DNA of 63,719 nt, counting the filler, from Chiloscyllium plagiosum (lineage: Eukaryota), in assembly GCF_004010195.1 (NCBI RefSeq). It is 4 parts of one record of this genome, joined end to end, with 100 filler letters (N's around TTAATTAATTAA, not from the genome) between each part and the next. Parts side by side here need not be neighbours in the genome. Positions count along the whole stretch, not along the records: positions 17,204 to 46,849 come from NC_057710.1; 3 more parts are not named here. The stretch is one strand, 5' to 3'. The number at the start of each line of letters is the position of its first letter. The first letter of the stretch is position 1. Made by a program: the position numbers and the translations under genes. Below the pieces are notes generated by a model. The model searched no databases. It had not been told where the DNA came from and saw only the letters and a program-made list of their open reading frames with translations. Of this stretch, positions 24,501 to 36,933 are shown one piece after another.

Positions 24501-25945
24501 GAGAAAACTCATGTAGACACAGGGAGAATGTGCAAACTCCACACAGACAGCTGGAATCGAACCTAGGTCCCTAGCACTGCGAGGCAGCAGTGCTAACCAC
24601 CGAGTCACTGTGCCGCCCACAAAATTGGAGGCAAAATTCTAAAATACATCGTTAAGGATGAAATTTCTAAATTCTTGGAAGTACAGGATCAGATTGGAAC
24701 AGGTCAGCATGGATTTAGTAAGGGGAGGTCGTGCCTGACAAACCTATTAGAATTCTTTGAAGAGGTAATAAGTAGGTTAGACCAGGGAAACCCAGTGGAT
24801 GTTATCTACCTAGACTTCCAAAAGGCCTTTGATAAGGTGCCTTACATTGGCTGCTGTGTAAGATGAGGTGCCATGGTATTCGAAGTAAGGTACTGGCATG
24901 GATTGAGGATTGGCTGTCTGACAAAAGCCAGAGAGTTTGGATAAAACGTTCTTTTGCGAAATGGCAGTCGGTGACAAGTGATGTCCCACAGGGTTCAGTG
25001 TTGGGGCCGCAGCTGTTTACTTTATATATTAATGATCTGGATGAAGGGACTGGGGGCATTCTGGCAAAGTTCGCCGATGATACAAAGTTAGGTGGACAGG
25101 CAGGAAGTACTGAGGAGGTGGGGAGGTGCAGAAAGATTTAGACAGTTTAGGAGAGTGGTCCAGGAAATGGCTGATGAAATTCGAAATGAGAAAATGTGGG
25201 GTCTTGCACTTTGGAAAAAGAATACAGGCATGGACTATTTTCTAACAGTTGAGAAAATTCATAAAGCCAAAGTACAAAGGAATCTTGGAGTGCTAGTCCA
25301 GGATTCTCTAAAGGTTGACTTGCAGGTTGAGTCCGTGATTAAGAAAGCGAGTATAATGTTGTCATTTATCTCAAGAGGGTTGGAATATAAAAGTAGCGAT
25401 GTGCTTCTGATGTGCTCTGGTTAGGCCCCATTTGGAGTACTGTGTCCAGTTTTGGTCCCCACACCTCAGGAAGGACATACTGGCACTGGAGTGTGTCCAG
25501 CGGAGATTCACACGGATGATCCCTGGAATGGTAGGCCTAACATACAATGAACGGCTGAAGATCCTGGGATTGTATTCATTAGAGTTTAGAAGGTTGAGGG
25601 GAGATCTAATAGAAACTTACAAGATAATGCATGGCTTAGAAAGGGTGAACACTGGGAGGTTGTTCCCATTAGGCGGGGAGACTAGGACCCATGGGCACAG
25701 CCTTAGAGTTAGAGGGGGTCAATTTAGAACGGAAATAAGTAGACATCTCTTCAGCCAGAGAACAGTGGGCCTGTCGAATTCATTGACATGGAGCACAGTG
25801 GAGGCTTCAAAGCAGAGATTGATAAATTCTTGATCTAGCAGGAATTAAGAGCTACGGGGAGAGTGCAGGTAAGTGGAGTTGAAATGCCCATCAGCCATGA
25901 TTAAGTGGTGAGTTGACTCAATGGGCTGAATGTCTTATGGTCTAA
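21590..25945 (+). mobile_element. Near-full-length decayed CR1 LINE
   Basis: 5'UTR; ORF1 (CxxCxMW..HICRK zinc finger, coiled coil, SGNH blocks CLSGAGVQDI and VHVGTNNI); ORF2 APE (VGITETWL, ILDLVL, S.HN) and RT ([21 protein letters not shown]); CTTATGGT tail; many stops and frameshifts. Confidence 0.95.
24318..24620 (-). mobile_element. HE1-like SINE inserted in CR1 RT
   Basis: tRNA-like head with B-box GGTTCGATTCC, V-domain, CR1-like tail. Confidence 0.92.
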
Positions 25946-27783
25946 CCACAACCATTTCCCAAAGTGTCAGGTAGGCCACTAACCAGTGAAGAATTTTCTC
26001 CCTGATTCCCCCATTGACTCAGGTTTTGTCAAAACTCCTTGATGCCATACTTAGTCAATTGTGGCCTTGACAGCAAGTCACTCCCACCTCACCTCTGGAA
26101 TTCAGCTCTTTTATCCATGTCTGAAGCAAGGTTGTAATAAAGTTGATTGGACCAACCAGAATCCAACTGGGTGCCAGTGAGCAGTGGTTTCTCAACAAGT
26201 TAATGATACCCTTTATCACTTTACTGATTAAATAGGGCAATAAATGCTCATCATTATCAATAACACCAACATTGTAAAATCCTGTAAAACAATATTGCTA
26301 CTGACCTCAGCTAAACAAAAAAAAATGCTTACTGACTTTTATCAGTTTATTCATGGAGTAGGCCTAAAACAGCCTTGTTGCTAGAATTCCATTGAGCTGA
26401 CACCAAGGTAAAACTGAGGGACGAAGTACCCATTTTACCAAATTTGCAAAAGGATTTTGAGTCATACAGAGATATGTGAAATGCACCTTATATATATCAC
26501 AGCTGTGTAAATAATTTGATGTGATAATGTTAAGGATAGCTGTCAGAAACAATTTGGCTCAGTGATCTTTCGCAATAGTATACTGGTACTAATCAGTTAA
26601 GTACATTGGCAAGAATACCAAAATGTTTATTTGGAATAATTTGTAAAATCAAAACCTGTAACAAGCCAAACTCAAAGTATCACACAAAGTAGTAACAAGC
26701 TTATAGAAAATGCTTATAATTGTGATGATGTCAGACACAAATTACAGAAAACAAAGACTATTAAGGACAACAACTGAAACAAGCAAACATGTGTTCAGCA
26801 ATCTACATAATGCTAACATTATAGTGGTGGTCAGGAATAGAGCTCTTTGTAGCAGTTCACAGATAAGAGTTTCTGTGATTCAATGTTTAGCAATTAAGTG
26901 TCAGAAGATTGTGTGGCACAGTGGAGATTGGTGCAATTAAGGAAGTAATTCTCCTGTGTTTGTTGGCAAATAGTTGTATTTCATAATCAACACATTCAAT
27001 GCAGCACTAGCCATAAGGTCACAATCCAAGAGTGTCCAGATTTCATATACAAGCAAACTATTTGGAAAGCCCAGTGAGGACCAAAGAAAATATATGAAGT
27101 TTGTGAAATCTGGGGGGGTGAGTCAGTCACTCTGGCCGCTCTTAAATTACAGCTCAAGCTGAAGGCAATAGTTCACCATAATATTCAATGAAAAGTTAAC
27201 AACACAGTACTTCTCTTACCCTGGGGCTGGGAATGTGACAAAGTTTTTTTTGATATATCACCCTTTGAACATTCAGAATCTCTAACAGTCTTTTGCTTAT
27301 GACATTTTTAAACTCAAGTCTGCATGATTGTTTCCTCAAAACTCCTCTTACCCCTCCACTCAAATTATACCATCCCACTTTAAGTAGCAAATGCTGACAA
27401 GTTCCTGCTACTAACTCATTACAGAGCTGCAGAGTAGACAAGCAACATGATTAGACTTCTAAACAAAACGTTGAAAGAGATGTCATTTAAATGTCCAAAA
27501 AAGGCAATGTACGTGGAACCAGAGAATTGCTTTTTGGAGAGCAGCAGCAAAGATGCACATTCTCTGGCAATACCTCTGACTTTCAGAAGGCATTTAATAA
27601 AGTTCCCCTTAAAAATCTGTTGCTTGAGTAGCAGGAGATAGAGAGTAGGTATAGTATTGCTACTTATTGTCATGTGTATGTTTACAAAGAAAATACAGTG
27701 AAAAGTTAGCGGGTTTTGAGAAGATTTGCAGCTCAGGTTGAGGTTCTGGATATGGGTTTGCTTGCTGAGCTGGAAGGTCCTTT

Positions 27784-27823
27784 TCAGACGTTTCATCACC
27801 ATAGTTGGTAACATCTTCAGTGA
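27784..27823 (-). ncRNA. Minimal hammerhead ribozyme, core intact
   Basis: UCA-CUGAAGA-U-GUUACC-AACUAU-GGUGAU-GAAA-CGU-C-UGA. Confidence 0.8.
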
Positions 27824-27848
27824 GCCTCTGAATAAAGCTGCCGGAGGC

Positions 27849-27887
27849 TCACTGATGATGTTACCTAGTATGTGACGAAATGTCTGA
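27849..27887 (+). ncRNA. Minimal hammerhead motif, stem III mutated
   Basis: UCA-CUGAUGA-U-GUUAC-CUAGUAU-GUGAC-GAAA-UGU-C-UGA. Confidence 0.7.
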
Positions 27888-28134
27888 AAAACAAACCTTC
27901 CAGCTCAGTGAGCAAACCTACATCCAAGTGAAAAGTTTTATAACTCACTATACCATGATACATATATTAATGACAGAAGTCATAGATAAGAAAAATGTAA
28001 AATTTATGACCGTTCATCTCAGATCAATTTCAGCTCGGTGAAAGTTGATTAAGATGATGAATGTGCCTCAAGGAGGGGGAGGAGTTGATTTCCCAGACAT
28101 TAGGAGGTATCAATTGAGTTCCCTGCTGTCCTTT

Positions 28135-28860
28135 GCCTGTGATTGGGTAGGTAACGATTCAAACTCAATATGGCTGGATATTGAGGTCTCCCAGGGTGCT
28201 GAGTCCGAGGGTTGGGACTGAGATAAGGTGGGGGGAGGGGAAATTAGGAAGCTGGAGAAATCTGCATTCATCCCTTGTGGTTGGAGGGTTCCTAGGCGGA
28301 AGATGAGGTGTTCTTCCTCCAGGTGTCGTGTTGCCATGGTCTGGCAATGGAGGAGGCCAAGGACCTGCATGTCCTTGGCGGAGTGGGAGGGGGAGTTAAA
28401 GTGTTTAGCCACGGGGCAGTTGAGTTGGTTGGTGTGGATGTCCCAGAGATGTTCTCTGAAACGTTCCGCAAGTAGGTGGCCTGTCTCCCCAATGTAGAGG
28501 AGGCCACATCGGGTGCAGCGGATGCAGTAAATGATGTGTGTGGAGGTGCAGGTGAATTTGTGACGGATATGGAAGGATCCCTTGGGGCCTTGGAGGAGCG
28601 GGAAGTGGAGGAGATGCGGTGGAGGGCATCGTCCTCCACCCTTGAGCCCCGCCCTCCAATCGCCACCAGGACAGAACCCCACTGGTCCTCACCTACCACC
28701 CCACCAACCTCCATATACATCGTATCATCCGTCGTCATTTCCGCCACCTCCAAACGGACTCCACCACCAGGGATATATTTCCCTCCCCTCNNNNTCCATA
28801 TCCACCACAAATTCACCTGCACCTCCACACACATCATTTACTTCCGCTGCACCCCACTGA
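28135..28860 (-). mobile_element. Penelope-like GIY-YIG endonuclease fragment with an inverted segment
   Basis: ORF 28110-28682: IIYCIRCTRCGLLYIGETG..LAERFREH..HFN..R..EE..I..L.TL.P.G.N; 28626-28852 is PLE sequence on the + strand. Confidence 0.92.
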
Positions 28861-29079
28861 GTTATTTCTAAGAATTAACTGACAATGAATAAATCCAAGG
28901 AAATGATAAAACTTTTAAGTATCATTAAAAACAGAAGATAAAGGGTTTCTTTCAGAGACGACCTTGAGTTATTAGGTTGAAATTGACACCAAAATAAGTG
29001 TATTATTGAGCTATTTGGATCAATTTGGAGAGTAGATCAAAGATACATATTGTCTGGCAGGATCTGTAACTTTGTTTTG

Positions 29080-30745
29080 TGAATGTAGTGCCAATCAATC
29101 AGATTGATTTGGCCTGGATGGTGTCAAGTTTCTTGAGTGTTATTGGAATTGCACTCATCCAGGCAAATGGGGAGTACTTCATCAGACTCCTGACTTGTGC
29201 CTTATAGACAGTAGACAGGCTTTGGGGAATCAAGAGGTGAGATACTTGCTGCAAGGTTCCTACCCTCTGATCTGCACTTGTAGTGACTGTGTTTATGTGG
29301 TGACTCAAGGATGTTGATATTTGGGGATTCAGTAACACCATTGAATGGGCAATGATTAGACTGTTTCTTACTGGAGACGGTCATTGCCTGGCACGTGTTT
29401 GGTGCAAATGTTATTTGCCACCTGTCAGCCCCAAGGCTGGATATTGTTCAGATCTGGTTGCACTTGAACATGGTCTGCTCTTCAGGATCTAAGGATTGGT
29501 GAATAGTGTTAAACATTGTCTGAGCATCAGCGAGCATCCCCACTTCTGACTTTATAATGGAGGGAAGATATTGATGAAGCAGTTGAAGATGGTTGGTCCT
29601 ATGACACGAGCCTGAGGAAGTCCTGCAGAGATATCCTGGAGCTGAGATGATTGACCTCCAACAACCACAACCATCTTTGTAAGTGGCAGGTATGATTCCA
29701 GTCAGTGGACAGTTTGCCCCTGATACGTATTGATTCCAGTTTTGCTTTGATGCCACCCTCCATTAAACAGGGTTGAATCCCTGGCATGATGGTAATGGTT
29801 TAGTGGGGAATATGCTAGGCCATGGAGCTGCAGATTGCTCTGGAATAAAATTCTGCTGCTGTTGATGGCACACAGTGACTCATGAATGCCCAGTTGTGAG
29901 TTGCTAAATGTTCAAAGTCTGTTTCATTTAGCCTGGAGAGTCGGTGTGCGCCCACACAAGGACTGTGTGGTAGTTGCTCTTATCGATACCATCATGGACG
30001 GATGAACCTGCATCTGGCAGATGAGTAAGGATGAGGTCAAGTATGTTTTTCTTTCTTGTTTGATCCCTCACCACCTGCCAGCAGACCCAGTCTAGCAGCT
30101 ATGATCTTTCAGACCCGACCAGCTCGATCACTCTTGGTGGTGGACATTGAAATCCCCGAGAGTAGATCTTGTGCCCTTGCCATCTATAATGCTTCCCCCA
30201 GGTGTTGTTCAAAATGGAGGAGTGTTGATTCATCAGCCAAGGGAGGATGGCATGTGATAATCAGCAGGAGGTTTCCATACAGGCAAACCTGCTCCTCAGA
30301 TGCTGCCTGACTGGCTGTGCTTTTCCAGCACCACTCTAATTTAGACTCTGATTTCCAGCACCTGCAGTCCTCACTTTTGCCTAGAAGGTTTCCATACTCA
30401 TGTTTAACCTGAAGCCATGAGACTTCATGGAATAAGAGTCAATGTTGAAGATTCTCTGGGCTACTCTCTCCTGAATCTATACCATTCTGTCGCCACGTCT
30501 ACTGGGTCTGTCTTGCCGATGGGACAGGAATTATCCTGTGATGGTGATGGTGCCATCTGGGACTTTGTAAGGTACCATTCTGTGAGTATGACTATGTCAG
30601 GCTATTGCTTGACTAGTCTGTGAAACAGCTCTCCCAATTTTGGCACTAGCCCCCAAATATTAGTAAGGACAAATTTGCAGAATTCAAAGAAATGTTTCTG
30701 CCATTGTCTTTTCCAGTGCCGAGCTCGTTGCCAGGTGATCTGGAA
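29080..30745 (-). mobile_element. LINE family B, internally deleted (endonuclease to RT)
   Basis: NIWGLVPKLGEL (APE start) and YKAQVRSLMKYSPFAWM. Confidence 0.8.
30281..30385 (+). mobile_element. 105-bp Penelope terminal fragment with 12-bp TSD
   Basis: TSD AGGTTTCCATAC at 30269-30280 and 30386-30397; sequence equals the pLTR downstream of the hammerhead. Confidence 0.85.
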
Positions 30746-31050
30746 TCTAGTAGCCCTACTATATGGAAACAGGCCCTTCGGCCCAACAAGTCCACACCAA
30801 CCCTCCGAAGAGTAACCCATCCAGACCCATTCCCCTTACCTAATGTACTTAACCTATACATCCCTAAATACTATGCGCAATTTAGCATGGCCAATCCACC
30901 CTAACCTGCACATCTTTAGACTGTGGGAGGAAACCAGAGCACCCAGAGGAAACCCACAGTGACACAGGGAGAATGTGCAACCTTCACACAGTCACCAAAG
31001 GCTGGACTCGAACCGGGTCCCTGGTGCTGTGAGGCAGCAGGGCTAACTAC
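30745..31050 (-). mobile_element. HE1-like SINE
   Basis: Same as 24318-24620. Confidence 0.9.
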
Positions 31051-31099
31051 GTGTTTTTAGCACAGGCACCCATTCTCACTTATGTCTAATGTCACATCA

Positions 31100-31190
31100 G
31101 TAGACAAACAGGAGGCTAGAAGAACACAGCAAGCCTTGATCAGGAGGTGGAGAAGTCAATGTTTCAGGTATTAACCCTTCTTCAGGTTTA
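31100..31190 (-). mobile_element. PLE terminus relic with decayed hammerhead
   Basis: Minus strand CTGAAGAAGGGTTAATACCTGAAACATT; related copy at 53615-53705. Confidence 0.7.
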
Positions 31191-31469
31191 AGTTCTTTGC
31201 AATTATCACATTACATGTGTAGATTTTAGTATTGCTCACCCATTCGCTCCTACTCCTAGCTCTTGTCATCACAGAATCAGCCTGCCATCCTTGTCTATCC
31301 TTTTGCATATGTCCCCCTCTCTGGGCTCCATCATCACCTATCCGCTCACTTCTCCCCCACCACCGAGACTCATCTTTAGCATAAACACCACTTTTCTTTC
31401 CTAACTTCAAACAGTTCTGATGAAGAGTGATCAGACTCCCTTTCTCACCAGAGATGCGGCTAGGCCTAG

Positions 31470-31790
31470 AGTCATACAGCCTAACTCAGCTGCATTGACC
31501 ATTTGCCAAAGTGAACTGGTCCCATTTTCCAATGTTTGGCCTAAATCCCTCTAAACCTTTCCAATCCAAGCACTAGTCCAAATATCTTTTAAATGTTGCA
31601 ATTCTACCCACCTCTACCACATCCTCTGGCAGCTCATTCCATATATGCATCACCCTCTTCATGAAATAGTTGCCCCTCAGGTGCCTTTCAAATCCTTCCC
31701 CTCTCACCTTCAACATGTGCTCTCTCATCTTGCACTCCCCTACCCTGGGGAAAAAGACTATGTCTATTCTCCTAGTCTTTGCCTCTCGTG
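31470..31790 (-). mobile_element. CR1 3' fragment
   Basis: Similar to 720-1080. Confidence 0.8.
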
Positions 31791-31969
31791 CTGAGTTTCA
31801 GTGTTTGTTCTACATGTTGCAAAACTCCCACAGCAGTTAGACCTTAAGAGCTGAACGTTTCAGGTAGATTCGCCTCTGGGTGGAAGGCAGACCCACACTC
31901 ATTGCCTGCAAAGGGGAATGTTGCCATCTGGTTTCAGTCTTTTGATGAAACTTCATTGCAATTGATACA

Positions 31970-32160
31970 ATTGAGAGGCAGTTGAGAATCAACCACATTG
32001 CTGTGAGCCTGGAGTTGCATGTAGGCCAGACCAAATTAGGATAGAATTCCTTCCCTGAAGAACATTAATGAGCCAGGTGGGTTTTTTTGACAATTGACAA
32101 AGGTGGGATTTGAACTTGGGTCCCCATAACATTAGCTGTGTTTCTGGATTAATACCCAAA
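31970..32160 (-). mobile_element. Deu-like SINE fragment
   Basis: Matches 20775-21020. Confidence 0.7.
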
Positions 32161-32179
32161 CCACCCACTCCTCCATCAA

Positions 32180-32582
32180 AAGACAAAGGGGAGCCATTGG
32201 ACATGATCTATTTGGATTTCCTTCTTTAACAAGGTGCTGCACAGGAGGCTGCTAATTAAGAACCTATAGTGTTAGGAGAAAGGTCTTGGCATGGATGGAG
32301 GATTGACTCCCTGGCAGAAGGCAGACAGTGGGGATAAAGGGAACTTTTTCAGGGTGGCACCTAGTGACTAGTGGAGTTTGGCATTAACAGTCTGGATTAA
32401 GAAAGTGAGGGCATTGTTGCTAAGTTTGCAGGAAGGACATGCAGAGTTGAGGAAGCAGGAAGGCTGCAAAAGGCCTTGGACAGGCGAGGACAGTGGGCAA
32501 GCAGACGAAACATAATGTGGGTAAGTATGAAGTAATGCATTTTGGTATGAAGAACAGAGAAGCTGATTATTTTCTAAATGTG
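32180..32582 (+). mobile_element. CR1 RT relic
   Basis: NVGKYEVMHFG motif. Confidence 0.75.
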
Positions 32583-32584
32583 GA

Positions 32585-33125
32585 GGAAGAGCGGATTGCT
32601 GATGCTGGAGATCAGAGTCGAAAGTGTGGTGCTGGAAAAGCACAGCAAGTCAGGCAGCATCCAAGCAACAGGAGAATTGATATTTTGGGCATACGCTCTT
32701 CATCAGGAATGAGGCCTGTGGGCCAGGGGGCTGAGAGATAAATGGGAGAAGGTAGCTGAGAATGCAATAGGTAGCTGAAGGAGGGGTAGAAGGTATTAGG
32801 TTGGAGAGGAGGATGGAGTGGATAGATGGGAAAGACAAAGGATAGGTCAAGAAGGTGGTGCTGAGTTGGAAGCTTGGGACTAGGATAAGGTAGGGGGAGG
32901 GAAAATGAGGAAACTGGTGAAATCCACATTAATCTCATATGGTTAGAGAGTCTGTGATGAGGTGTTCTTCCTCCAGGCGTCGGGTGGTTAGGGTTTGGTG
33001 ATGGAGGAGGCCCAGGACCTACATGTCCTTGGTGGAGTGGGAGGGGGAGTTAAAGTGTTTAGCCATAGGGCGCTGGGGTTGGTTGGTGTAGGTGTCCCAG
33101 AGATGCTCTCCAAAATGATCTGCAA
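32585..33125 (-). mobile_element. Penelope-like 3' end (GIY-YIG C-terminus + pLTR, decayed hammerhead about 32676-32706)
   Basis: 32870-33120 matches 28215-28470 and continues into the pLTR, directly linking the hammerhead terminus to the GIY-YIG ORF. Confidence 0.88.
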
Positions 33126-33424
33126 GGATCTGTTGAACTATTGTGATAAATTTCTCAGGGCAGCCGAATTTCACTATTGCATTTCAAGGATGACACTGTT
33201 GATTACATCAAAGGCTATGGTCAAGCATGGTGTAAATGTCCAGATACTGTTCTTGGTATTTCTTGAGCTGCCCAACTTTAAACACCAAATCAAAGATTCT
33301 TCAACATTTTCTGAGACCTTTTCAACTCTCCACAGCAGACCCTGGTGAAGATCTTGGGCTAATTGCTTAATAAAGATTATGGCAAAGATTTTTCCAGCAG
33401 TGGAGACAAGTGTGAATCATCAAT

Positions 33425-34360
33425 TATAAATCAGTGAGCCTTCAGTCAGTGGTAAGTTGTTGAAGGGGATTTGGAGGGACAGAATTGACATGCATTTGGA
33501 AAGGCTAGGACTGATTAGGGAAAGCCAACGTGGCTTTGTGTGTAGGAAATCATGTGTCATGAACTTGATTGAGTTTTTTGAAGAAGTAACAAAGAGAATT
33601 GATGAGAGCAGAGCGATGAATGTGATCTATATGTGCATCAGTAAGGCATTTAACAAGGTTCCTCATGTAGACCGGTTAGCAAGGTTAGATTTCATGGACT
33701 ACGAGGAGAACTAGCCATTTGGATACAGAACTGGTTTGAAGGTAGAAGACAGAGGGTGGTAATGGAGGGTTGCTTTTCAGACTGGAGGCCTGTGACCAGT
33801 GGTGTGCCACAAGAATCGGTGCTGGGTCCACTGCTTTTCATCATTTATATAATTGATTTGGATGCGAACATAGGAAGTATGGTTAGTAAGTTTGCAGATG
33901 ACACCAAAATTGGAGGTGTAGTGGACAGCAAAAGTTACCTCAGAGTACAATGGGATCTTAAGTCGATGGGCCAATGGGCTGAGAAGTAGCAGATGGAATT
34001 TAATTTAGATAAAAGTGAGGTATTGCATTTTGGAAAGGCAAATCACAGCAGGACTTATACACTTAACGATAAGGTCCTGGGGAATGTTGCTGAACAAAGA
34101 GACCTTGGAGTGCAGGTTCATAGTTCCTTGCAGGTGAATAGGATAGTGAAGGCAGCATTTGGTATGCTCTCCTTTATTGGACAGAGCATTGAGTGTAGGA
34201 GTTGGGGGTTTGTGTTGCAGCTGTACCGGACATTGGTTAGGCCACGAGTGGAATATTGTTTGCATTATTCTGGTCCCCTTCCTATCAGAAGGATGTTGTG
34301 AAATTTGAAAAGATTCAGAGAAGATTTACAAAGATGTTGCCAGGGTTGAAGGATTTGACC
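33425..34360 (+). mobile_element. CR1 RT
   Basis: ORFs 33457-33714, 33756-33989 (FADDTK) and 33993-34301. Confidence 0.93.
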
Positions 34361-34639
34361 ATGCCAACATCTCTTCTAATCAAAGTCCTTTTGCCAAACC
34401 AATCAAACCAATTTGCACTCTTTTCCATTGCAATATAACTGTTGGTTTTCTCTTTGAATTTGTATTTTTGAAAAATGTCCTAAAGAGTAGAAGACAAAAA
34501 TCTTCAAACATGTATCTTTCCATTAACAGCCATTAAGAATCCAATGAGCAAAACTGTCCTAAATGCAGAGTTTATTCAATGCTTATAGGGTACTTTCATG
34601 GAACAGCATGTTCTAGAGCTAATCAGAAAGCAGGTTGGT

Positions 34640-36505
34640 ATTGTACTGAATTGGTATTTTCACAATGAGGTTTGCGATATGACAGTGAAGGTGTCTCAAG
34701 AATATTCCAATATAATATGACTGAGGTTTACATTCATATTTAGGGGGAATACAAAGGGTTCAAGACTCTGATTTAAAACTTAAGTAAGTGCAAATATGAG
34801 GTCAAGAAAGCAGGACTACTGAACGTGAACTAGCAGATTAGGTTAAGGGATAGGTCCATAGAAATGCTATGGCAGACATTTGAGGGTATACCTTGGAATA
34901 GTTACATTCCAATGAGAAAGAGAAATTCTAGGAGAGGATTCACCAACCATGGTTGATTAGAAAAGTTAAAGACAATAACAAAGGAAAAAACTTATAATTG
35001 TTCAAAGACAGTAGACCAGAAGCTTGGACAAAACATAAAAAGTAGCAAAGAATGTTTAAAATATTACAGAGAAAAATTAGAGAATACACACGAGCGAGAT
35101 ATATATATATATATATATTTATTTTAAAAAGATTGTTAAGTATCTACAGAAACTTTTCCCATGAGTTTACAAGTCAGTATTGATCCAAAGGTGATCAAGT
35201 CTGGTGAATTACTAAGGGAAAATAAGCAGAAGATAGATTAATTAAAATAAGACTGTCCTTCGTCAACATAGAGAATACAAGTAGCATTCCAAAAATAGCT
35301 GCACATCAGGAAATGAACAAATTATTGGAGCTGTGGTTTGACATGTTCCCGAACCCTAATGGACTTCATACTTTGACCTTAAAAGCCCACTTCAATAGCT
35401 GATGCATTGGTTTTAATTGTCCAAAATTCTTGAGATTCTGAAAAGGTTCCTTTAGATTGGAGAACAGTGAGAGTAATTCCTTTATTCAAAATGGGAGCGA
35501 GAAACTAACTTTTGCAAGCTTAATATGCTATCGGGAACATATTAGAATCTATTATTAAAGATCTTACATCAGGACAATTAGGGCAAAATATTAAAGTAAT
35601 TGGGCAGATAGAATATGGTTTTATTGAAAGGAAATAATGTCAAATTAATTTACTGGAGTTACTGGAACAGATGTTGTGGGTAATAGGGAACCAACCACCC
35701 TCTGCTGGGCAAGAAAACATGGCAGGTTGTGAATGAGAAATTTGAGCTTGTCTACATTTGACAGGAAGGATAGAAATAAAAACTATTATTGAATGGAGAG
35801 AAGTTGCATTAGTCTGCAGTACAGAAGGGTCTGGATGCGATTCATGTATCTGAACAAATGTCGATATTTCTGTACAGCAAGTAATTATGAAGGCAAATGG
35901 AACAATGACATTTATTGCAAACCATATTAGTAAATAGTATGGAAGTGTTGCTTAATCTGCACAAAACCTTTATAGAGCACATTTGTAGTACTGGATGCTG
36001 TTTTGGTTTCCTTATTCAAGGAAGAAAACAATTGCATCAGCTGATCAGAGGAGGTTCATTTGATTGATTCTTTGGATGAAAAGATGTTCTTACAAGGAAT
36101 GATTGGGCTTATTGCTATTGGAGTTTAGAAGAATGAGTGATAATCATGTTGAAGTGCACAAGTTTTGAGGGGATTCAGTAAGACAGAAGCTGCAGGGATG
36201 TTTTGCCTTTGTAAGGGAGTCCAGAACTAGGACACCAAGTTTAAAATTAGGAATCTCCCACATACTGAGGCAAGAAGACTTTTGTTTAGTTCAGGCGTTT
36301 TCTATTCTGTGAAATTCTCTTCCCCACTAAGCAGTGTAAACCAGTTTGTTGAAAACATTTAAGGTCATGCTGGAAAGCTGTTTAATCAACAGGGAGGTCA
36401 AGTGTTATGTGGAGTGGAAGTGACACCCTAATTAGATTAATCACAATCTTCTTGTATTATAGAATACCTCATTGCCTATTCCTGCACTTTAATTCTTACA
36501 TGCTC
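34640..36505 (+). mobile_element. Very old, internally deleted CR1 ORF2
   Basis: Residual VP.DW..V.PLFK, NLLE and EFRR motifs. Confidence 0.7.
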
Positions 36506-36622
36506 TTTCATCACAGAAAGGTACACAGGTTCCACTGTTGGCTATGGTTTGTAACACTGAGCAGAGAATCCTTACCTGGGTCTCGGCTGGCTTGCAAAAT
36601 GGCAAGACAACTGCCTCCAACT

Positions 36623-36933
36623 GACTAATGCAACTTCTCTCCATTCAATAATCGTTTTTTTTCTATTCTTCCTGTCAAATGTAGACAAGCTCAAATTTCT
36701 CATTTACAACCTGCCATGTTTTCTTGCCCAGCAGAGGGTGGTTGGTTCCCTATTATCCACAACATCTGTTAGTGCCAACAACTCCAGTAAATTAATTTGA
36801 CATTATTTCCTTTCAATAAAACCATATCCTATCTGCCCAATTACATTTTTTTGCCCTAATTGTCCTAATGGAACATCTTTAATAACAGCTTATAATATTT
36901 TCCCGATAGCATATTAAGCTTACAGTTAGTTTC
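36623..36933 (-). repeat. Inverted local duplicate of 35501-35814
   Basis: About 310-bp reverse-complement match, including a private deletion junction. Confidence 0.92.

Larger units (their letters stand above)
27708..27926. mobile_element. Fold-back mini-PLE, third family, with hammerheads on both strands and 11-bp TSD
   Basis: Inverted arms; TSD AGTGAAAAGTT at 27697-27707 and 27927-27937. Confidence 0.85.

Noticed and set aside
35098..35117. (AT)n microsatellite; also (AAT)n at about 21020-21047
   Set aside because: Ordinary simple repeats inside old elements.
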